Shown here piece by piece: positions 35,583 to 46,810 of a DNA stretch of 64,000 bases; positions within the stretch are counted from its first letter, which is position 1; every line of letters starts with the position of its first letter. The translations under genes were made by a program, and so were the position numbers. The stretch is from a virus. Lineage: Duplodnaviria > Caudoviricetes. The notes under the pieces are model-generated. The model was not told the origin of the DNA and did no database searches. It was given only the letters and a program-made list of their open reading frames with translations. The stretch lies in the IMG/VR virus record IMGVR_UViG_3300043442_000893, positions 1 through 64,000 of that record. One strand, written 5' to 3'.

Positions 35583-38500
35583 ATGGCAGCTCAAGACGCC
35601 GAACTGAAGCTTAAGGTAAGTCTTGACTTGGGATTTTTTAGGCAACAATTAGCAGGACTTGGACAAGCTGCGGCTGGATATAATCTTCCCGTAAGAGTGC
35701 AGTTTGATCGTCGCTCTGTACAAAACGAGCTTAATGCTCTTGGCGCAAATATTCGACGGAGAAATTACAGGCTAACTGTCGAAACAAATTTATCCGCTGA
35801 AATAGCAAAAGCAGATACTCTCGCCAGAAAACTTGGAGAGCTTAGCGGAAAGCTTAAAGCAACTCGCGGAGGGGGTGGAGTAGCACAAGGTCGAGAAGCA
35901 ATATCTCAAATCGAAGAGGTATTACGAGGAGGCCTTTCGGGGCGTGCATTTGGCATCCAAAAAGCTCAAGAAAATATTGCAAAGCAAGCAATTTTATCTC
36001 GTCTTGAAAAAGCTTCATTGAGCAAAGGAGGCTATAACACAGCAGGTCTTGAAAAAATTATTCGTGATCTTGGTGGCACTCCAACTGGCGGTCGCAAGGA
36101 TTTAGTTGCACAAGCTAAGAAGCTTGTAGAAGAAAGCAATGGTATCACGGATGCCGTTTTCGACAATTTAAAAGACTTACAGATGAAGCTTCGTCCAATT
36201 CGTGGACAAGCTCAAACGAGCGCTGCTCGTTCAATGCCCAACCTCAACCAGATGTTGGATCGCATTGCAAATCTTACAGAAAATCCTCGCGCAGTACAGC
36301 GTATGCTGCGAATGATGCCTGAAAGCAGGCTCACAACTGATCTTATTGGCGCGGCCAATAGGCAGGCTGCATTTAGGGAGCAGTATGGCGCGCAGGGATT
36401 CAGACTTCCTGGCTTTGGAGGAGCAAAAGCTTTTGATCCTCTTTTGAAGAGCATTGCTGAAAGTTTTTCAGATTACACCCGCACTGTAAATACTTCCAAT
36501 CCATGGATGGGGAAAATTGGCAGTGGCATTACCACTCTTATTAGTCGAGCATTAACGCAATCCCCTGAACAAATGTTTGGAGGCAGGGCTCCCGTCGCAA
36601 GTGCAAAGCTTTTACCTGCGGCAGGACAAACTAGCGGAACTCGCTTAATGCGCGAACAACTTGAGAGAGCAAATCTTCCTCTTCTTCAGGCCCCTAGCGT
36701 CGGCCAAGAAAATGCACCCTTAAGTAGAGCCGCCACTTATATGCTGAATAGGGCTCGACGTGCGTTAGAGCTTCCGATTGGCCCGTATTCTCCTTACGAG
36801 CCGAATCCCTTTGCTGGAAGAGCAACGGTACCAAGTCGACAATATTTTACGCCAACAATGCAAGCTGCATTGCCGCCAGTAGGCGCAACCGGCGGACGAC
36901 TAAGCTTATTAGAGCAGCAATTAGCTCAGTCTCGCGGCGCGTTTGGGACAGGAGGTGGAGTCGCTGGCTCTTTATTTACTGGTCGCGCACTTATAAATCC
37001 TGGCGTATCAATGCTTTCGCCAGTTGGTATTTCTGGGAACTATAGGCAAATGGCCGCTGCTTTAGCAAATCAAGCAGCTAATCCTGCGTTGGCACATCGA
37101 CAAATTGCAGACATTGGCTTCGGAGGCGTTCCAACTGCTGCCACGGGGATGTCTGGAGAGGCATTGAATCGGGCTTTGAATCAAGCTTTCCTGCAGCGCA
37201 GAGGGCTTGGTATTGGAGGCGGGCAATCATTGCCTATTTTCAATGCTCCCGGCGTAGCAGTGCAGCAAAATATCCCCGGCATGGCTTACCAAATGGGAGG
37301 CGGTGGACTGGGAGGGTCAATGGGAATGTTCCCAAGTGCGGGAATGATGGGGCCATCAAGCCCGTTGACGATTAATGCTCAGAGCAGCATGTTTGGCGGT
37401 GGTGGAGCTATGCCCCCTGGGGGAGGAGGCGGTGGCGGCGCAGGAGGAATGGGCGGCATGGGCGGCTTTGGTCGTGCATTGGGAGGCGTTAATCTTCCTG
37501 GCGCAGGAGCCATTCGTGAGCTTGGTGGAGAATTTGCTTTTGCCACACAACAGGTGTTGCTTTTTGGTCAAGCGTATAAATTATTAGCATTTGTTCAGAA
37601 TTTTCCAGCGCAAGTTGGAGAAGCGGTTAGTCAACTGCAAAGCTTCAGAAATACATTGAATAGCGTCACTGGAAGCGCCGAAGAAGCGGGCGACGCTAAT
37701 GAATTTATTCTTGCGGCAGTTGAAAAATACAATATTCCGTTGCAGTCAGCTCGTGATGGCTTTGTGAAGCTTTTTGCTTCTATGGAGCCAGCCGGATTTG
37801 CTGCAGGCGAAATCCAGAACCTATTTCTTGGTATTACAAAAGCTGCTGCCACTTATGGCTTGAGCGCAGACAAGGTTGATCGTGTAAATTATGCATTTGC
37901 TCAAATGGCGAGCAAAGGCCAAGTCATGAGCGAAGAGCTTAAAGGACAACTTGGCGATGTATTGCCAGGAGCCATGGGTATTTTCGCCGAAGCTGCTGGC
38001 TTTACAGGTCCAGATGCCATTCAGAAATTCAACAAAGCCCTTGAAGATGGTGTGTATAAAGGCGGCGAAATGCGCAAACTTTTAAAAAACGTAGCGGATG
38101 GCATGAATAAAGAATTCGGGCCTGGCGCAGAAGGAGCCGCCAAAACATTCCAAGGCTCAATCAATCGCATGCAAAATGCAATCAAGAGCTTTTACGAAAG
38201 CTTTGAGCCTGCTGCCATTAGCGTGCTAAATCAAGTGGCGGTACCCTTGGTTAGTACACTAAAGAATATTACAGCCGGCATAAATGCTTATTTTCAGGGA
38301 CAAACAGCAGCTACGCCAGAAGCTCAAAAATTTGCAAATGCCTTGCAAGTAATTGTGCCAGTAATTAGCGGCATCGCTAAGAATGCTGCAATTGTTGCCA
38401 CTCAATTAGGATTAATGGCTGGAGTGTTTGGCTCTGCTGCCATTCAGATTGGGAGACTATTGGCTCTTCCCATAGTTGGCTACCTCGCGTCGACTTATGC

Positions 38501-41324
38501 GCAAGTTTTAATTCTGACTACTGCTTTTAATTTCCTTGCGAAAAGCGCCATTGGTGCTGCTATAGTTGCAATCTCTCAATTTATCGCGAAGGGCATTGTT
38601 TATGCGCAAGTATCGCTTGGCATGCGTGTTGCCACGCAGCAAACGACCGTAGCAATGTATCAGTTTGGCACAGCAGTACAAACTGTAATGATTAAGACTG
38701 TCATTGGGATTGCCCTTGTTGCAATTAGTGCTTTAATTGCAAAATTTGTGGAACTTCAGAATGCCATGGCATCAGTGTCTGGCCAATCTAGGCAAATGCA
38801 AGATGCTGCTAAGGCATCCGCAAAAATGGGCGACGTAGCAGGCGTCAAGGAGGCAATCGGAAATATGGAAGATCGAGTACAAACTTATAAAAAACTTAAA
38901 GGAGAGCTTGATAAAGTAATTGGCGACGAGCATACTTATGGCTTTTACCGTGAAATCCCGTCTGCATTGGCAGGAGAATTAATGTCGCTAGGACTTATAG
39001 TAGAAAGTTCAATGAGAAAAGTCGGGGCTGGGTATAAAGTCAAAATAGGTGACTTGCGAGATGCTTATAATTTAGCTACGAAAAATGTTTCCGAATTCAA
39101 TAAGGCTATCGATAGTTCTCAAGCACTTGTTGGTCAAGCGCAGAAGAAAAATCAGCAACTTAAGCAGCAAGGAGTTGTCACAGGAGCGGCAGAAAGCGAT
39201 CCTAAAGCGCTAGCAAAAGCAGCGGAAGATGCTCGCAAGCTTGCCGATGACAAGCGCAAGTACGAAGCCGATTTAATGAAGATTGGCTCTCAGCAAGCTA
39301 TAAATTTAAATGAAATGGAGTTTGACCATTGGAAGAATCTACAACAGGCAAAATATGATTTTCTCGAAGCTGGTCAAAATGAATGGATGAGTAGAGAGCT
39401 GAAATTTCAACGCGATCTTCAAGCGATTGAAATTCGCAGAATTGAAGCAATTCGCAAAGCTCGCATTGAAACCGTCAAAGCGGAAACAGATGCGCAAGCA
39501 AGCGCTTATATAGCGGGAGACTCTGGTGTTGGCGGGGGTGCCGCCATGTTCGGCGCTACTGGGAGAGTTTTCAATGCCCCTGGCTGGGTGCATGGTCATT
39601 TCCAAAACATGAACCGAGAGGCATTGGTTCAAGATACTGTTGAAGTGGTAATGAAGCTTCTGCAGCAAGGTGTTAAGCCTGAGTTGGGTAGCGGGCAAAA
39701 ATTCACCGCTGGAATGCAGCAAGCTCAAGTGGAGCAGCTAGTGCGTCGTGGCATTGCTTCTCATAAATCGTACGCGAGTGGAGTTGGAGCTATTGATGTG
39801 TTTGTTCCTCAAGGAACGCGAGTGCCCGTTGGCTTGTCAGGAGTGAGCAATCTCGGTGGCGCCGCTGGTGTTTCCGGGAATCTGCCTCGTGGCACGCAAT
39901 TAATGCACCTCGATCCCAGCTCGCGCTCTGGAGCGGCTGGTGCAGCGCCTGTTGGAGTGCCTGCTTCAAGAATAAGAGCAGAAGCGAAGAAGGATTACGC
40001 TTCGGCGCTTGCAAGTCAAGAAGCAATTAATGCGAAAGAAAAAGAAAATCTTGCCACTAAATATGCAAATATTCAGGCACAGCAAGAGCTTAATATTCTC
40101 ATTCGAGAATACACTGCTTCTATTGTTCCTGTAGAGCAGCAAAAGCTTGAAAATACTCTCTTGCAAAATCGCATTAGTTTAATCTCGTCTGGAGCGTTTG
40201 GAGATGCCCTTGAGACTGAGCAGAAAATTGGCGAAGCCAGAGAAAAAGCTGCTCTTGGCGTGCAAATGGCCAATGCTCAAATAGAGCAAAATAACAGGCT
40301 AGTGAAAGATGGAATTATCAAGCAAGAAGAAGCAGATAAGCTAAATGCTTCTCAAGTGGAAAAGATTAAGCAGCTCACTCAGGGGCTTGAAGCTTACATC
40401 CCACTGCTAAGAGAAAGACTGAAGCTTGAGCAATCAAGTGCAGAAGCTACTTTGCGTGGTGAAATCACTCGCGCCACTCCACTGGGAGGCATGGGTCTTT
40501 CTGCTGGTTTTATTGGTCCTGCTGGTGACAGGTTTGAAGAGGCGATTGGTCGTGGAGCCACGCAAGACGAAGCGTCCCGTTTCGCTGAATTACAGAATCA
40601 ACTTACTCTTCTTGAGAGCAGAAATGAAGCAATCAAACAATCTATCTATGGCATTGGCAATGCTTTTGGCGAAGCTTTAACTGCTGGCGTAGCAAGCCTC
40701 GTTTCCGGCACTGCTACCGCTAAAGAAGTATTTGCAAGCTTCTTGCAAAGCGTTGGACAAGCGCTGTCTCAAGCAGCTTCGCAAATGATTGCCACTTATA
40801 TCGCCATTGGCATTGCGAAGATGTTTGCTGGTCTTGGCGGTGGCGGCGGAAATCCAGCAGGTAGCGGAGGAGGTATTTCAGATAGCCTTCCTGGAATACG
40901 ACAATACGCAGGAGGCCTTGGAGGAGGTGGAGCACCCGGATCTATGCCTTTTGCGCCACCTGCGTTTGCCAATGGCGGCATTGTTACCGGCCCCACGCTT
41001 AGCCTCATTGGCGAAGGCAAATACAACGAAGCTATTGTTCCCCTCCCGGACGGTCGTTCCATCCCTGTGCAGCTTGGTGGTCGTTCTGCCCGTGACCTCA
41101 TGGGCAATGGCGTCCCAGGCATGCCTCAAGCGCCTTCTCTGAGCATGAAGTTTGAAACGACTAAGATTAATGGCGTAGAATACGTTAGTAGAGAACAATT
41201 AGAACAGGCAATGGCAGAAACTCGTCGCGCTTCCATTGCAGGGGGTGCTCAACGAGGCATGTCAATGACGCTCGATAAGATTAAGCAAAGCCCTTCCACT
41301 CGCTCTAGTATTGGTATCCGCTAA
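35583..41324 (+). CDS. tape measure protein
   Basis: 1913 aa; AFAQMASKGQVMSEELKGQLGD tape-measure motif; FANGGIV...GEG...EAIVPL. Confidence 0.92.
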   Translation: MAAQDAELKLKVSLDLGFFRQQLAGLGQAAAGYNLPVRVQFDRRSVQNELNALGANIRRRNYRLTVETNLSAEIAKADTLARKLGELSGKLKATRGGGGVAQGREAISQIEEVLRGGLSGRAFGIQKAQENIAKQAILSRLEKASLSKGGYNTAGLEKIIRDLGGTPTGGRKDLVAQAKKLVEESNGITDAVFDNLKDLQMKLRPIRGQAQTSAARSMPNLNQMLDRIANLTENPRAVQRMLRMMPESRLTTDLIGAANRQAAFREQYGAQGFRLPGFGGAKAFDPLLKSIAESFSDYTRTVNTSNPWMGKIGSGITTLISRALTQSPEQMFGGRAPVASAKLLPAAGQTSGTRLMREQLERANLPLLQAPSVGQENAPLSRAATYMLNRARRALELPIGPYSPYEPNPFAGRATVPSRQYFTPTMQAALPPVGATGGRLSLLEQQLAQSRGAFGTGGGVAGSLFTGRALINPGVSMLSPVGISGNYRQMAAALANQAANPALAHRQIADIGFGGVPTAATGMSGEALNRALNQAFLQRRGLGIGGGQSLPIFNAPGVAVQQNIPGMAYQMGGGGLGGSMGMFPSAGMMGPSSPLTINAQSSMFGGGGAMPPGGGGGGGAGGMGGMGGFGRALGGVNLPGAGAIRELGGEFAFATQQVLLFGQAYKLLAFVQNFPAQVGEAVSQLQSFRNTLNSVTGSAEEAGDANEFILAAVEKYNIPLQSARDGFVKLFASMEPAGFAAGEIQNLFLGITKAAATYGLSADKVDRVNYAFAQMASKGQVMSEELKGQLGDVLPGAMGIFAEAAGFTGPDAIQKFNKALEDGVYKGGEMRKLLKNVADGMNKEFGPGAEGAAKTFQGSINRMQNAIKSFYESFEPAAISVLNQVAVPLVSTLKNITAGINAYFQGQTAATPEAQKFANALQVIVPVISGIAKNAAIVATQLGLMAGVFGSAAIQIGRLLALPIVGYLASTYAQVLILTTAFNFLAKSAIGAAIVAISQFIAKGIVYAQVSLGMRVATQQTTVAMYQFGTAVQTVMIKTVIGIALVAISALIAKFVELQNAMASVSGQSRQMQDAAKASAKMGDVAGVKEAIGNMEDRVQTYKKLKGELDKVIGDEHTYGFYREIPSALAGELMSLGLIVESSMRKVGAGYKVKIGDLRDAYNLATKNVSEFNKAIDSSQALVGQAQKKNQQLKQQGVVTGAAESDPKALAKAAEDARKLADDKRKYEADLMKIGSQQAINLNEMEFDHWKNLQQAKYDFLEAGQNEWMSRELKFQRDLQAIEIRRIEAIRKARIETVKAETDAQASAYIAGDSGVGGGAAMFGATGRVFNAPGWVHGHFQNMNREALVQDTVEVVMKLLQQGVKPELGSGQKFTAGMQQAQVEQLVRRGIASHKSYASGVGAIDVFVPQGTRVPVGLSGVSNLGGAAGVSGNLPRGTQLMHLDPSSRSGAAGAAPVGVPASRIRAEAKKDYASALASQEAINAKEKENLATKYANIQAQQELNILIREYTASIVPVEQQKLENTLLQNRISLISSGAFGDALETEQKIGEAREKAALGVQMANAQIEQNNRLVKDGIIKQEEADKLNASQVEKIKQLTQGLEAYIPLLRERLKLEQSSAEATLRGEITRATPLGGMGLSAGFIGPAGDRFEEAIGRGATQDEASRFAELQNQLTLLESRNEAIKQSIYGIGNAFGEALTAGVASLVSGTATAKEVFASFLQSVGQALSQAASQMIATYIAIGIAKMFAGLGGGGGNPAGSGGGISDSLPGIRQYAGGLGGGGAPGSMPFAPPAFANGGIVTGPTLSLIGEGKYNEAIVPLPDGRSIPVQLGGRSARDLMGNGVPGMPQAPSLSMKFETTKINGVEYVSREQLEQAMAETRRASIAGGAQRGMSMTLDKIKQSPSTRSSIGIR

Positions 41325-41719
41325 TGGCAATATTTCCTTCCATTAGACCAACTGGACGATCGTATTCTCCAGGGCAATTTCCCACGAAAGTTTATCGTGG
41401 ACTTTCGGGAGCCACTGTTAAAAGAGTGTTTGGCAATCGCTCATTTGGTCATGCCATTGATCTTCAGTTTGAAAATATTTCCGACGCCAATACAAAGGCC
41501 ATCCTCGATCATTACTATGGCCAATTTGGCAGCTACGTCCGTTTCGCTCTTCCTGATGACGTGTTTTCTGGCATGAGCACAACGCTGAAAGGCGTTGTGC
41601 AAACTCCCACAAATATTCTCTGGGAATATGCTGAACCTCCCCAAGTGGAAAGCGTGTTCAATGGACGAAGCACTGTTACAGTGAGACTGATTGGCGAGCT
41701 TGATTATTCTGGCGCTTGA
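41324..41719 (+). CDS. distal tail protein
   Basis: Position; W.YAEPP. Confidence 0.65.
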   Translation: MAIFPSIRPTGRSYSPGQFPTKVYRGLSGATVKRVFGNRSFGHAIDLQFENISDANTKAILDHYYGQFGSYVRFALPDDVFSGMSTTLKGVVQTPTNILWEYAEPPQVESVFNGRSTVTVRLIGELDYSGA

Positions 41720-41721
41720 TT

Positions 41722-42243
41722 ATGGCCACCACTACTATCCACATTGCCAATTTTGCTTTCATTCAAACCGCTAACGGGAAAAGTCATTACTACCAAAATT
41801 ATTTCTTTGGCAAGGATTTTGCTGCAGTGGCAATACCTGGCACTTCATCACCAACATATCGATTTGCTCCATTTCGCGCAGAAGGAGCGTTGTCTGCATT
41901 GAATGGCGACAACGAAATTTTACGCTTGCTATTTCCTCATAGTGAATTCACCATTGCAATGGTTGAGGAAGGAAATGGCAATAGACTTAGCCAGCTTTCA
42001 TTGAAAACAGTATGGATGGCAAGCGCTGGCAATATCACTGACTACGCATCGTATAGTCTTGCTTCCTCCACTGCACAATACGAAGAATTCTATGTGGGCG
42101 TAGGCGCATCATTCGATGACACAACTGTCGAACTTCGCTTCCGTTCTGCAATGGATAGCGTGGGGGCAGGTTTCCCGCGTCGTACATTTACGTCTAAGAA
42201 TGTGGGAATTTTGCCATTGACTGCAGAAGTGAACTTGCGATGA
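41722..42243 (+). CDS. minor tail protein (gpL-like)
   Basis: Position; D.V...FPRR. Confidence 0.6.
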   Translation: MATTTIHIANFAFIQTANGKSHYYQNYFFGKDFAAVAIPGTSSPTYRFAPFRAEGALSALNGDNEILRLLFPHSEFTIAMVEEGNGNRLSQLSLKTVWMASAGNITDYASYSLASSTAQYEEFYVGVGASFDDTTVELRFRSAMDSVGAGFPRRTFTSKNVGILPLTAEVNLR

Positions 42244-42617
42244 ATGATTTAATTGGCTTGCAGTATGAATGGGGAGCGAGCCCTGATGATAACAATGGCA
42301 AGTCAGATTGCTTTCAACTTTGTTGCGCAATTCGACGAAGACTAGGGCTAAAAGATTACGGCCCGTCTTTTGCGTGGGCATATGAACAATATGACGAGAA
42401 AAGTTTTTCTTGGCGGCTGCTGGCGCGATGGCTAAAACAAAATTGTTTTCCCGTTGATTCGCCGCAAGATGGTGACGTGGGAATGTTTATTGACAAAGCG
42501 GCGCTTGCTACTGCAGCAAACGGACGCATTTTCTGCATAGCTCCTGGAGGAAGAAGCGTTAGCATTGAATGCAACGAAAGCGTATTATCATACGCTCATT
42601 GGTTCAGGCCGAGATAA
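42240..42617 (+). CDS. NlpC/P60-like tail assembly protein
   Basis: LIG..Y.WG......DC..L, P.DGD. Confidence 0.75.
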   Translation: MNDLIGLQYEWGASPDDNNGKSDCFQLCCAIRRRLGLKDYGPSFAWAYEQYDEKSFSWRLLARWLKQNCFPVDSPQDGDVGMFIDKAALATAANGRIFCIAPGGRSVSIECNESVLSYAHWFRPR

Positions 42618-42619
42618 CA

Positions 42620-45600
42620 ATGCGCAAGCTTCTTCCTTACGAAAAAGCCCTGATTGAAGCTCTGCAAATTTCAGAAGAAGAATACTGGCAATTTTATTTG
42701 GCACGATTAAATTATCGTGATAATAAAGAAGGTACTGTTTTCGACGTAAGGAACGAGGTTGGAACCATCGCATTGGTTCTAACCATTGTTGGAACATTGG
42801 CGCAAGTTGGCGCAGCGCTACTTGCTCCCAAACCGCAAGCCCCGGATCAAAGAATGGGACGGCAGTCCCGCAATCAATTTTTTGCTCCACGATATGGCTT
42901 TAACTCATTTCAAGAAGTAGCCCGCTATGGAGAGCCAATCAATCTCATTTATACCAACATTGACGAAAATAAAATAGCAGGAGGCTTGCGCGTCAACACG
43001 TCTCTTGTTTGGTCCGCAGTGCATAGTTTTGGCACTAGCCAATACATGCAAATGTTGGCAGTTATAGGAGCTGGTCCCATTCAAGGCTTCGGCTACGGAC
43101 GCACAGCATTTGGACAAACGCCCCTTCGGGATTTGGCTTCACAGCGTTATTTTCTTTATGCCAACGAAACAGAAGGCAAGCTTTTCTTCAAGGACAAAAA
43201 ATTTCCCACTGATGCCTTGGCAGAGGATGATCCGGTTTACACCACTGGCCATGATTTAATTTGTTCCGTCATCAATAATGGCCAGAATAGAACCGAGGGT
43301 TATAGCCAGGCATTCTCACCAACGACAAGCTCTTCACTGGGGCTTTATGACGTGGTGCCTTTGAGAGCGCAAGTAGAGGATAGAGACGATGAGGGACGCC
43401 TGAAGCAAGATTCACTGGGAATCAATGTCACTGAAGGCAGAGACATTTACTGGCCCGCAACATGGCCGACAACGGGAGTTCGTCCATTGTTTCCAGTTGG
43501 CAATCGACTTACTATCACCTTTGAAGAAGATGACAAAAAACCTACCGAGCAAGTAGAGCGTGCTGCCATTGATTTGAGAAGCGCTTATATTGGCACGTTT
43601 GATTCTGCTAGCACTTACAAAATTGGAGCTGCAAAATTCAAGCTTGTGGCGGATAACATTCAAAATGGTAGCGACATCGAAGGTAGTTTTGTTTTTCAAT
43701 GCACTGAGAGTGGCGTGCTATGCGAAGAAGACTACTCTACGCAGCGCTACCAACAAAATGAAGAGGATTTGAGAAGACAAAAACGAGAAGCCGAAAATAC
43801 CATTGCTGCACTTGAGGCAGAAAAAGGGGCCGCGTTTGCAGAGCGTTTTAAGGGGCCAGGGTCGGATGCGATTGCAGCTTTTGATACGGAATTAGAGCAG
43901 ATTGATAATGCCATTGAAAGCGCCACTGCTATTTTGAAAGGTGATCTTACTAACCAAGAACTTATAAGTGCAATTGAAAACGAAGGGACATTCAAAGGAC
44001 TTAGGGACGCTATTGACGCCTTGGAGAACGATATTAAAACTGCAAATGATAATATAGAGGCAGCCCAGAATACGATTGACTCAATAAAAGACATTCCCCC
44101 TGGGCAAAGAACAAATGCTCAAAAGCGGCAACTGGAAACAGCCAAGGATAACAAGTCGGATCAAATTGCAGTTAAACGAGCGAAGAAAGGCGAGATTAAG
44201 GAAAAATTTGCAAGGCTTTCCACTCGCGCCATTGAACAAGGTTTATATGACAATAATAAACATACCAATCTTCGAGAAGAGCGTAGGCAATTAAAAATTA
44301 GACGACGTAGGCTCACTAAGAGAAGGACAGAGGCGGCCAGTAATGTTGACAGGGATTTTGTGGCAGAGAGCGCAGCACAATCTGCGTGGACTACGAATTA
44401 CAACGCTGCAGTGGCAAATTTAAATAGCATCAACGCGCAGTTAAAAAACGAAGACTCATGGAATGATTACTTTAATACAAAATGCATTGCAAAGATTGAT
44501 GAAATTCGTTACGAATGCGTAACAAAATGCGAACTGGTAAACTTTGCGTTTAAAGCAAAAGTATTTCAGCGCATTCAGGGACGCATGAACAAATATGCTG
44601 AAGTAGACCAGCAGGGACACAAGGATAGCGACAATGGCATTCGCAATCGCACTTCAATGTTTTGGCTTTGGTATAAGAAGCCTTCTGATCCCATTGATAG
44701 ATACACATTGGTTCCATATATTTTTGCCATCAGAAATGGCAAAGAGCTTGACGCTTATGTTGGGCTTCGTTTTATTGCTCCATCAAAAGAAAAATGGCAA
44801 TTTAAGCTTGAGCCCATTATTGACTTGGCCGCAGAACTGCGCACTCATAACAATGGTGCAGACATGCCAATGATTTACTTGCGCACTGCTGGATATAAGG
44901 GGACAATTGGCGGAAGAGAAATTACTTTTGGCAATGGTTTTTCCATCGTTTATAAAGGGCGTTCACCATTGAATACAATTCGTCGCCGTCCGCCGGTAAA
45001 TCGCACTCCTAAATTTATCGATGAATGGGGACTGTTCTCTCTTCGTAGCGACACGCAGATTTCTTTTTCTTTTGAAAGTGGAGCAGAAATCAGTCTTGTA
45101 GCAGTGACAGAGCAACAAAAGCAGCCGCTCACTCCATCTATTTACGATGGCATGGCGATGATTGGTCTGAATATTTATAGCGGACAAGGCGTAAGGGACT
45201 TGCGTTCTCTTAGCGTATGGGTGAATAAGGGGAAGAAAGTTAGAAAATTCTTGGATGCAAATGGGAATTATGGCCCCATTTCTGAGTCGACAAGTTATGC
45301 GCCAGAAATATTCTTGGATACCATCTTGGATGAGCAAAATGGCATTGCTGCTTATGCCAATATTAATGGCATAGATACAAGACAGCTTAGTATTTCACAG
45401 CGATTCTGTGAAGAGAATCAATTATTTATGGATGGAGCCATTGCAGATCCAACGTCGTGGCGAGAATTTTGGTCGCAAATTGCTCCCTTTAGCCTGCTGG
45501 AATTTGCCCGCATTGGAGGGAAAGAAACGCTGATTCCGGCAGTGCCTTATGACAGCCTTTACAGGATTTCACGAGTAGTGCAAATTTCCGCACTATTTAA

Positions 45601-46306
45601 TCAAGGCAATATTTTAGAGGATAGCTATAAGGAAGAATTTCTCGATTATGGCGATAACACGCAAGATTTGATTGCCACCATTGTCTATAGAGACACGGCA
45701 AATGATAATGTGTTTCCCCAGAATACCAGCGTGCAAATTATGCGGGGCGATGCAATTGAAGCTGATAGTATTCGTCAAACTTTTGATCTATCTACTTTTG
45801 TCAGCAGCAGAGAACAGGCTATTAAATACGGAAAGCTCTTATGTCAGCAGCGACGATTCTCCCGGAGAGCCATTGAATTTAAAACATTTCCCACCGAAAG
45901 CCCAGTTGCACCTGGCTCATACATTTACGTGCAATTAGACCAGAACCAATGGGACGACATTAGGAGTGGAATCGTCGAAGAGGAAGGCAGTCTTAATATT
46001 CCTTTGGCGGAAGACGCCGTAAATGGCAATTTTACCATATTGCTTTACAACGGCCAAGATTCACCCACGAAGCTATCTTCTGTTCCCATCGTTAATAATC
46101 AATCTTCTGCATTAGCAGGCTATGAAGGATGGCTTTTTGTGCTTGGCACTCAACTAACGACAAAGCGCGTCTTCCGTGTCACTGGAGTTTCAATGGAAGA
46201 AGAAGGAGAAATCACTATTAGCGCAGTCGAGCATCAATGCGACGAGACTGGAGGCGCCACATTGTCTAAAATAGCGAATTTTGATGATTCCTTCTTGGTT
46301 GAATAA
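42620..46306 (+). CDS. tail tip / host-specificity protein (gpJ-like)
   Basis: Large; YGEPI..Y, F..GNI..DS, SREQA.K.G, I.AVEH. Confidence 0.75.
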   Translation: MRKLLPYEKALIEALQISEEEYWQFYLARLNYRDNKEGTVFDVRNEVGTIALVLTIVGTLAQVGAALLAPKPQAPDQRMGRQSRNQFFAPRYGFNSFQEVARYGEPINLIYTNIDENKIAGGLRVNTSLVWSAVHSFGTSQYMQMLAVIGAGPIQGFGYGRTAFGQTPLRDLASQRYFLYANETEGKLFFKDKKFPTDALAEDDPVYTTGHDLICSVINNGQNRTEGYSQAFSPTTSSSLGLYDVVPLRAQVEDRDDEGRLKQDSLGINVTEGRDIYWPATWPTTGVRPLFPVGNRLTITFEEDDKKPTEQVERAAIDLRSAYIGTFDSASTYKIGAAKFKLVADNIQNGSDIEGSFVFQCTESGVLCEEDYSTQRYQQNEEDLRRQKREAENTIAALEAEKGAAFAERFKGPGSDAIAAFDTELEQIDNAIESATAILKGDLTNQELISAIENEGTFKGLRDAIDALENDIKTANDNIEAAQNTIDSIKDIPPGQRTNAQKRQLETAKDNKSDQIAVKRAKKGEIKEKFARLSTRAIEQGLYDNNKHTNLREERRQLKIRRRRLTKRRTEAASNVDRDFVAESAAQSAWTTNYNAAVANLNSINAQLKNEDSWNDYFNTKCIAKIDEIRYECVTKCELVNFAFKAKVFQRIQGRMNKYAEVDQQGHKDSDNGIRNRTSMFWLWYKKPSDPIDRYTLVPYIFAIRNGKELDAYVGLRFIAPSKEKWQFKLEPIIDLAAELRTHNNGADMPMIYLRTAGYKGTIGGREITFGNGFSIVYKGRSPLNTIRRRPPVNRTPKFIDEWGLFSLRSDTQISFSFESGAEISLVAVTEQQKQPLTPSIYDGMAMIGLNIYSGQGVRDLRSLSVWVNKGKKVRKFLDANGNYGPISESTSYAPEIFLDTILDEQNGIAAYANINGIDTRQLSISQRFCEENQLFMDGAIADPTSWREFWSQIAPFSLLEFARIGGKETLIPAVPYDSLYRISRVVQISALFNQGNILEDSYKEEFLDYGDNTQDLIATIVYRDTANDNVFPQNTSVQIMRGDAIEADSIRQTFDLSTFVSSREQAIKYGKLLCQQRRFSRRAIEFKTFPTESPVAPGSYIYVQLDQNQWDDIRSGIVEEEGSLNIPLAEDAVNGNFTILLYNGQDSPTKLSSVPIVNNQSSALAGYEGWLFVLGTQLTTKRVFRVTGVSMEEEGEITISAVEHQCDETGGATLSKIANFDDSFLVE

Positions 46307-46341
46307 AAACGTTGCTATCATAAACAAAAAGCTTTAAGACA

Positions 46342-46761
46342 ATGCCGTTCTATACTGGTCGCACTGGCAAGCTGCGCCTTGGTGGCAGTGAAGTGTCGAA
46401 GGTTCGTAATTGGACACTGGACACATCTGTAAACATGCTGGATACCACAGCACTGGGAGACACTGCCAATACTTTCACGCCAGGCCTATTTAGCGCCACT
46501 GGCAGCGCCACGTTGTCTTATTACAACGGCGATGCCACTGACGTGACCAATCTTCTTGAGAGGATCACCAAGACTGGTGCAGTCACCGAAAGTGATCGCG
46601 TGAATCTCACTTTTGAAGTGGGCACGAGTCAGTCTTTCAATGCTGATGCCTACATCAATAGCGCCAGTATCACTTCTTCCACTGATGAGCTGACCACTGT
46701 TTCGTTTAATTTTACAATTGACGGTCCTCTTGATGCAGTGGTTCTCACTGGTACCACTTGA
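46342..46761 (+). CDS. tail-tube-like protein
   Basis: W.LD.....LDTT.LGD......GL.S..GS. Confidence 0.65.
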   Translation: MPFYTGRTGKLRLGGSEVSKVRNWTLDTSVNMLDTTALGDTANTFTPGLFSATGSATLSYYNGDATDVTNLLERITKTGAVTESDRVNLTFEVGTSQSFNADAYINSASITSSTDELTTVSFNFTIDGPLDAVVLTGTT

Positions 46762-46810
46762 TACCTTGCGAACAATGTTCGTACAATAGAATAATCAATG
46801 CTGCGGCGAA

